Part shown: in pieces, positions 15,687 through 20,000 of the stretch
Numbering within the stretch: the first letter of the stretch is position 1
Layout of the letters: each line of letters begins with the position of its first letter
DNA from: Candidatus Tectimicrobiota bacterium
GTDB taxonomy: Bacteria > JACPUC01
Length of the DNA: 20,000 nucleotides
Assembly (NCBI GenBank): GCA_016192455.1
Contig: JACPUC010000006.1
Coordinates: forward strand, 299,922 to 319,921
Direction: 5' to 3'
Position numbers and translations under genes: made by a program
Notes under the pieces: model-generated
Told to the model about the DNA's origin: nothing
The model's database searches: none
Seen by the model: the letters and a program-made list of their open reading frames with translations, nothing else

Positions 15687-15836
15687 CACACTGGAGGGCT
15701 CAGCCGCGGGCGCCTCCCAGAGACGACGCCGTTCAGGAGCCAAGCCAGGGAACCGAGTTCAAGGTGCCGGATGCTTCGCTGGTCTGCCTTTCCGTTGCTT
15801 CGCTCCCTGGGGGACCCGTGTCGCGGGCGGCGGGGA

Positions 15837-16517
15837 GTGCGGCGCCGGCTTCCGCTTGGCGCTCTCGCGCTCAGCCTCCTGCTGCTGGTCGGCTGCGCAG
15901 ACTGGAGGGGGGAGGCGGCGGTGGAGCGGGCCGCCGCAGCGTCGCGCGCCGGCCAGTACCTCGACGCGATCGCGGCCTACCAGGCGCTCGAGGCGCAGTT
16001 TCCAGAGGCCGCGCAGCGGGCGCGGTCAGGCGAGCGCATCGCCGAGGCGCGGCGTGCCCTGCAGGAGGCCTATCAGCTCAAGCAGAACCTCGAGGTTGCT
16101 CAGCAGATGCTGCGCCATGCCCAGCGATCGAAGGGGGATGGCCTGAAGATGCTGGCCAAGACCTGGGCCACCGAGGCGAGCACCCTCTTCAGCAAGGAAG
16201 AGGCTGGCTGCTGCGACAAAGTGAAGCTGGTGTTGAAGCAGGCCTCCTACTTCGTCGCCCACCTGGAATCTCCAGCGGCGGCGCAGAGCTCAAACGGCGG
16301 GCAGGCGGCGAAGGAGGCCGGTCAGCTCTTCGTCACGGTGAACGCCGCGAACGTGCGCAGCGGCGCGGGCACGCAGCACGGGATTGTGGCCCAACTCCAG
16401 CGCGGGGACCCCGTCTCCACCCTGGAAGAGGAGGGGTCCTGGGTGAGGGTGCGCCTGCCCGATGATTCCCAGGGCTGGATCTACCGGTCCCTTCTCAGTG
16501 AGCGCGCTCCGAATTGA
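15837..16517 (+). CDS. Lipoprotein with a TPR-like helical region and a C-terminal SH3b domain
   Basis: Signal RRRLPLGALALSLLLLVGC with lipobox. GQYLDAIAAYQALEAQFP. SH3b pattern ANVRSGAGTQHGIV...EGSWVRV...GWIYRSLL. Start GTG 15837 or ATG 15771. Confidence 0.8.
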   Translation: MRRRLPLGALALSLLLLVGCADWRGEAAVERAAAASRAGQYLDAIAAYQALEAQFPEAAQRARSGERIAEARRALQEAYQLKQNLEVAQQMLRHAQRSKGDGLKMLAKTWATEASTLFSKEEAGCCDKVKLVLKQASYFVAHLESPAAAQSSNGGQAAKEAGQLFVTVNAANVRSGAGTQHGIVAQLQRGDPVSTLEEEGSWVRVRLPDDSQGWIYRSLLSERAPN

Positions 16518-16566
16518 GCGCAGCCCGCCAGCGATTCGGGTCGACGTGAGGAGCGGGTGCCAGCTC

Positions 16567-17025
16567 GTGACCTTGTGTATTGGTGTGATCGGTTCGGGAA
16601 CCTGCACTCCTGAGGTGGCCGCCCTAGCCGAGGAAGTGGGCACGGGCATCGCCGAGCGAGGCGCGGTGCTGATTTGCGGGGGACTTGGCGGCGTCATGGA
16701 GGCGGCGGCGCGCGGCGCCAGGTCGGCTGGGGGCCGCACGGTCGGCATCCTCCCCGGCAACGAGGCCGCCAGCGCCAACCCCTATATCGACATCCCCATC
16801 GTCACCGGCATGGGGTACGCGCGCAACGTCATCATCGCGCGCACGGCGCGCGTCCTCATCGCCATCAGCGGCTCCTACGGCACCCTCTCGGAGATCGCGC
16901 ACGCCCTGGCGCTGCAGAAGCCGGTGGTTGGACTGCTGACCTGGGATCAAGTGCCCGGCGTGCGGCACGTCACGACGCCGAGAGAGGCCCTCGACGAGGC
17001 GTTTGCGCTCTGCCGCGAGCGCTAG
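16567..17025 (+). CDS. TIGR00725 family (LOG/SLOG Rossmann-fold) protein
   Basis: IGVIG, LICGGLGGVMEAAARGA, TVGILPG, TGMGYARN, GSYGTLSEIA, KPVVGL. Confidence 0.9.
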   Translation: MTLCIGVIGSGTCTPEVAALAEEVGTGIAERGAVLICGGLGGVMEAAARGARSAGGRTVGILPGNEAASANPYIDIPIVTGMGYARNVIIARTARVLIAISGSYGTLSEIAHALALQKPVVGLLTWDQVPGVRHVTTPREALDEAFALCRER

Positions 17026-17183
17026 GCGACGGCATCGGCAGGGTCCACATGGCGGCGCGGCTTCGCGGGTTTGGGTGGCGGGAGATGTGCCGAACTTCGG
17101 GAGGGGGCGCGAATGGCCTCTCGGAGCCACACCTGGAGCGTTCCCCGTTGCACGCGGGCGAGGAAGCGCGGAGTCGCCGCAGC

Positions 17184-17966
17184 ATGAGCGCGCGCCGTAA
17201 GATGACGGTGGTCGAGGTCCTCCTTCTCGTGACGCTGCTGACTTCCTGCGCGCGCTTCACTTCGAGGACGGTTTCGACCCCCGCCCCGCCGCGGGTTCCC
17301 AACATCTACCACGTCGTTCAGGCAGGCCAGACCCTTTCCGACGTCGCCTCCCTCTATGAGGTGCCACTGGCGCAGTTGCGGCGGGCGAACCAGCTCGGTC
17401 CCGGCGCCTCCCCGCGGGTGGGACAGCGCCTCCTCATTCCCGGCGAGGGACGGCTTGCCATCCTCCCTCTTCCCCCTGAATCTCCGCCGCAGAAGAGCGC
17501 GCCATCGGTGCGGAAATCCTCCCGCCCAGCGCCTCAAATGGAAGGGGAGCCCAGGCGGGAGGAACGCCAGGCGGCTGTCCCCGATCTTGGCGGCGTGAGC
17601 TTCACCTGGCCCCTGCGCGGCGAGATCGTGGGACGCTTCGGGGAGACGGAGCACGGCCGCAACGACGGGATTGACATCGCCGCGCCGGCGGACAGTGACA
17701 TCCGGGCGGCGTCGAGCGGTCAGGTGATCTTCAGCGATTGGGGGCCGCAGGACTTTGGCAGGATCGTCGTCATCAAGCATAGCGAGAAAATAATTACGGT
17801 CTACGCGCACACTGCGGTAAACTACGTAAAGAAAGGCGATGCCGTGCGCCAGGGCCAGCCGATCGCCCGCATCGGCGCCGCCGGCAACCCGCAGCGGCCG
17901 ATCCTGCACTTCGAGGTGCGGTATGAGCGCCGGCCGCGCGATCCCTTGCAGATTCTGCCGCGCTGA
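17184..17966 (+). CDS. nlpD: LysM plus M23 peptidase-domain lipoprotein (NlpD-like)
   Basis: Lipobox LTSC. Lys[11 protein letters not shown]...GQRLLIP. M23 FTWPLRG...NDGIDI...TVYAH...LHFEVR. NDGID in place of HxxxD is the degenerate form typical of NlpD. Confidence 0.85.
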   Translation: MSARRKMTVVEVLLLVTLLTSCARFTSRTVSTPAPPRVPNIYHVVQAGQTLSDVASLYEVPLAQLRRANQLGPGASPRVGQRLLIPGEGRLAILPLPPESPPQKSAPSVRKSSRPAPQMEGEPRREERQAAVPDLGGVSFTWPLRGEIVGRFGETEHGRNDGIDIAAPADSDIRAASSGQVIFSDWGPQDFGRIVVIKHSEKIITVYAHTAVNYVKKGDAVRQGQPIARIGAAGNPQRPILHFEVRYERRPRDPLQILPR

Positions 17967-18063
17967 GGGGAGGGTCGGGGGGCGGCGGGCGGGCGCCGCA
18001 GATCGAGGCGCATCCTCACCACGGCTGCCGCGATGGGGGCGTATGGCGAGAGAAAGTGAATCC

Positions 18064-18582
18064 ATGGTGGAGAAGCTGAAAGCGAAAATTCGGGATATTC
18101 CTGATTTTCCGCAGACGGGGATCGTCTTCAAGGACATCACCACCCTGCTGCAGGATGGCGCCGAGTTTCGGCGCGCCATCGACAGCCTGGCCGCGCGCTA
18201 CGTCGATGGACACGTCGATCTGGTGGTGGGCATCGAGGCGCGCGGCTTCATCATCGGCTCCGCGCTGGCCTACAAGTTGGGGGCCGGCATCGTGCTGGTG
18301 CGCAAGCCGGGCAAACTGCCCTACAAGACGCATAGGATGGAATACCAGCTCGAGTACGGCAGCGATGCCCTGGAGGTGCACCACGATGCGATCCCCGAGG
18401 GGGCCCGAGTCATCATCGTCGATGACCTTCTCGCCACCGGCGGCACCGTGGAGGCGGTTGTCAAGCTCCTCAACCATTTCAAGTGCGAGATCGTGGAGCT
18501 GACCTTTCTCGTCGAGCTGACCTTCCTCAACGGACGGAAGCGTCTGGCCGACATGCCGGTCCATTCGCTCATTCAGTATTGA
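18064..18582 (+). CDS. apt: Adenine phosphoribosyltransferase
   Basis: [53 protein letters not shown]. Alternative ATG at 18043. Confidence 0.97.
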   Translation: MVEKLKAKIRDIPDFPQTGIVFKDITTLLQDGAEFRRAIDSLAARYVDGHVDLVVGIEARGFIIGSALAYKLGAGIVLVRKPGKLPYKTHRMEYQLEYGSDALEVHHDAIPEGARVIIVDDLLATGGTVEAVVKLLNHFKCEIVELTFLVELTFLNGRKRLADMPVHSLIQY

Positions 18583-18613
18583 GCCGCGGCCCCGGCCCGG
18601 CGAACCGCAGGGT

Positions 18614-18937
18614 GTGCGCGCGATTCTCCACAGTTCGACGCATGTGAGTCTCCACTGCCAGTGCTTCGACGATGTGCAGGCGCTGCGGCGCCTCGGCGCG
18701 GCTCCACTTGCCGTCGACCTCTGGGATGCCGCCGGAGCGCGCCAGGGGAGGCTCCTGCTTGGCCTCGGCTCGAGCGCGGGGGAGGGGGATGGCCTCTACC
18801 CGCCGCGGGCGCTGGGAGAGGCGTATCGACTGCTCCTGCCTACCGCCGCGCTCGACGCCTTCCTGGCCTCCTACCACTGGCGTGGGATGCTCGCGGATCA
18901 CACCTCGTGCGCCATCTACTACCCATTCTATGAGTAG
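18614..18937 (+). CDS. Hypothetical protein (107 aa)
   Basis: Fills the gap directly after apt in the same orientation, with a protein-like aromatic C-terminus (CAIYYPFYE). No recognised family and a weak RBS. Confidence 0.5.
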   Translation: MRAILHSSTHVSLHCQCFDDVQALRRLGAAPLAVDLWDAAGARQGRLLLGLGSSAGEGDGLYPPRALGEAYRLLLPTAALDAFLASYHWRGMLADHTSCAIYYPFYE

Positions 18938-19109
18938 GACGGAACCTGCCCGGAGACATGCCCGCTCAGCACGAGCGCGACGCGGAGGTGAGGGGGCCCT
19001 CCAAGTCCCCCGGTGCGGGGGAAGAAACCCGCAGGTTCTCGCAAATGCGCCGGCACCGCACCGTCATCCTGAAACGCCTCTCGGCGCGGAACAAGCGAAG
19101 GACGCCGTC

Positions 19110-19322
19110 ATGCCGCAACGTTGTCGGCACTGTGACAAGGCCATTGACGGCAAGCCGGTGCAGCTTCACTTCTCGGTGGCGATCCCGCTCAAGGGCGACT
19201 ACGAGCGCGTCGTGACGGTTCCCGCCAGCTACTCCTTGTGCGCCGCCTGCCACACGCAGTTCTCCCGTGCCAAGCACTTCGATAAGTACCGCATGATGCA
19301 GGCCATGATCGCCAAGGGATGA
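19110..19322 (+). CDS. Small C4 zinc-finger-like protein (70 aa)
   Basis: AAGGA precedes ATG 19110. CRHC...CAAC. Strong GC3 bias in this frame. Confidence 0.7.
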   Translation: MPQRCRHCDKAIDGKPVQLHFSVAIPLKGDYERVVTVPASYSLCAACHTQFSRAKHFDKYRMMQAMIAKG

Positions 19323-19622
19323 GCCTCGCCGCGGCCCGCTGGTTGGTGCTGCGCGGCTTCCCCGGCGATGCCCCGCTGATCCGCCTCGACGAAGGGGCTG
19401 TGCCGCGGTGTCTGCGTCTCCAGCCCTGCCCACGCAGCGGGGATCACCCTGCCAGGGCGGCAGGTCGGCGGGAATCCCCCCCCTTGGCCTCCGCCAGTCT
19501 GGGAGCCTTCCTCTCGCTTCCCCCACCGCCGTTCAAACCCTCCGTCTGACAGCCGCAAACCAAGTCCCCGACGGTCCCCAGCCCTCATCAGCCTCTCCCT
19601 GGGGTGCTGCCTACCTTCCACC

Positions 19623-19682
19623 AATATTATTTTCGCTTTTTATTCGTTTTTTTCTTGCTATCTTTCTGGCCCGGCGTATACT
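19623..19682 (+). promoter_or_regulatory. Sigma70 promoter with AT-rich UP-like element
   Basis: T-tracts 19623-19653 in an otherwise GC-rich window, then TTGCTA (19655-19660), 16 nt, TATACT (19677-19682). Confidence 0.65.
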
Positions 19683-19713
19683 TTGCGGTAACACCAGCAG
19701 AAGGAGGAATGCG

Positions 19714-19866
19714 ATGCCACGCACACGCAGGATCGAGACGGAGTGCCTGGAGCTGCTGAAGCAGTTCATGGCTGGGGAGATAAGCCGCCAGGAGTTTGAC
19801 CTGCGCTTGGCGGAGATTACGGCGACGCTTCAGGCCCAGCAGCAGCTCTTCGAGGTCGCTGCCTAG
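19714..19866 (+). CDS. Small protein (50 aa) with a SHOCT-like GEISxxEF motif
   Basis: AAGGAGG RBS and own promoter. MPRTRRIETECLELLKQFMAGEISRQEFDLRLAEITATLQAQQQLFEVAA. Confidence 0.72.
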   Translation: MPRTRRIETECLELLKQFMAGEISRQEFDLRLAEITATLQAQQQLFEVAA

Positions 19867-20000
19867 TACTACTGTGTCATAAGATTCATCCCGCCCGTGT
19901 CTCGCGGCCGCACCCGAGACAGGGGTGGCGGCGGAGCAGGGCGCGGCTGTGGCTGCGCCGGAGGGTCGTGATCGACGCGGGGGCATGCCGCTCAGGCCGC

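Noticed and set aside
83..18564. Long antisense ORFs (83..1207, 5242..5874, 6277..7266, 7616..8815, 13787..15238, 17022..18179, 18016..18564)
   Set aside because: They are typical high-GC shadow frames opposite genes with clear family motifs.
19239..19253. CxxCH haem c motif (CAACH)
   Set aside because: No export signal, and a second CxxC is present, so a Zn finger is more parsimonious.

Overview
High-GC bacterial chromosomal window with about 24 plausible CDSs. It holds no rRNA, tRNA, CRISPR array or intact transposase. Recognisable genes: a HAD hydrolase, RidA, a CobB-type sirtuin, an orphan NitT/TauT substrate-binding protein, a DUF6282-like metallo TIM barrel, a cold-shock protein, folB, a DUF2851-like protein, an SDR, an SH3 lipoprotein, a TIGR00725/LOG protein, a LysM-M23 NlpD-like lipoprotein and apt. 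Five things stand out. (1) A secreted 403-aa protein whose small FG-GAP-like core sits between two Pro/Gly/Gln-rich repeat arms, encoded next to a secreted amidohydrolase and behind a long upstream region with helically phased TG(A/T)CA boxes. (2) Two intergenic clusters of palindromic repeats (4500-4700 and 9807-10070) with the same module order. (3) A 200-bp IS630-like MITE bounded by CTAG and sitting on the cold-shock gene stop codon. (4) A 5'-truncated YWTD beta-propeller gene remnant that the ORF track only partly calls. (5) An SDR whose catalytic Tyr is His. All family calls come from recognising motifs by eye, not from database searches.
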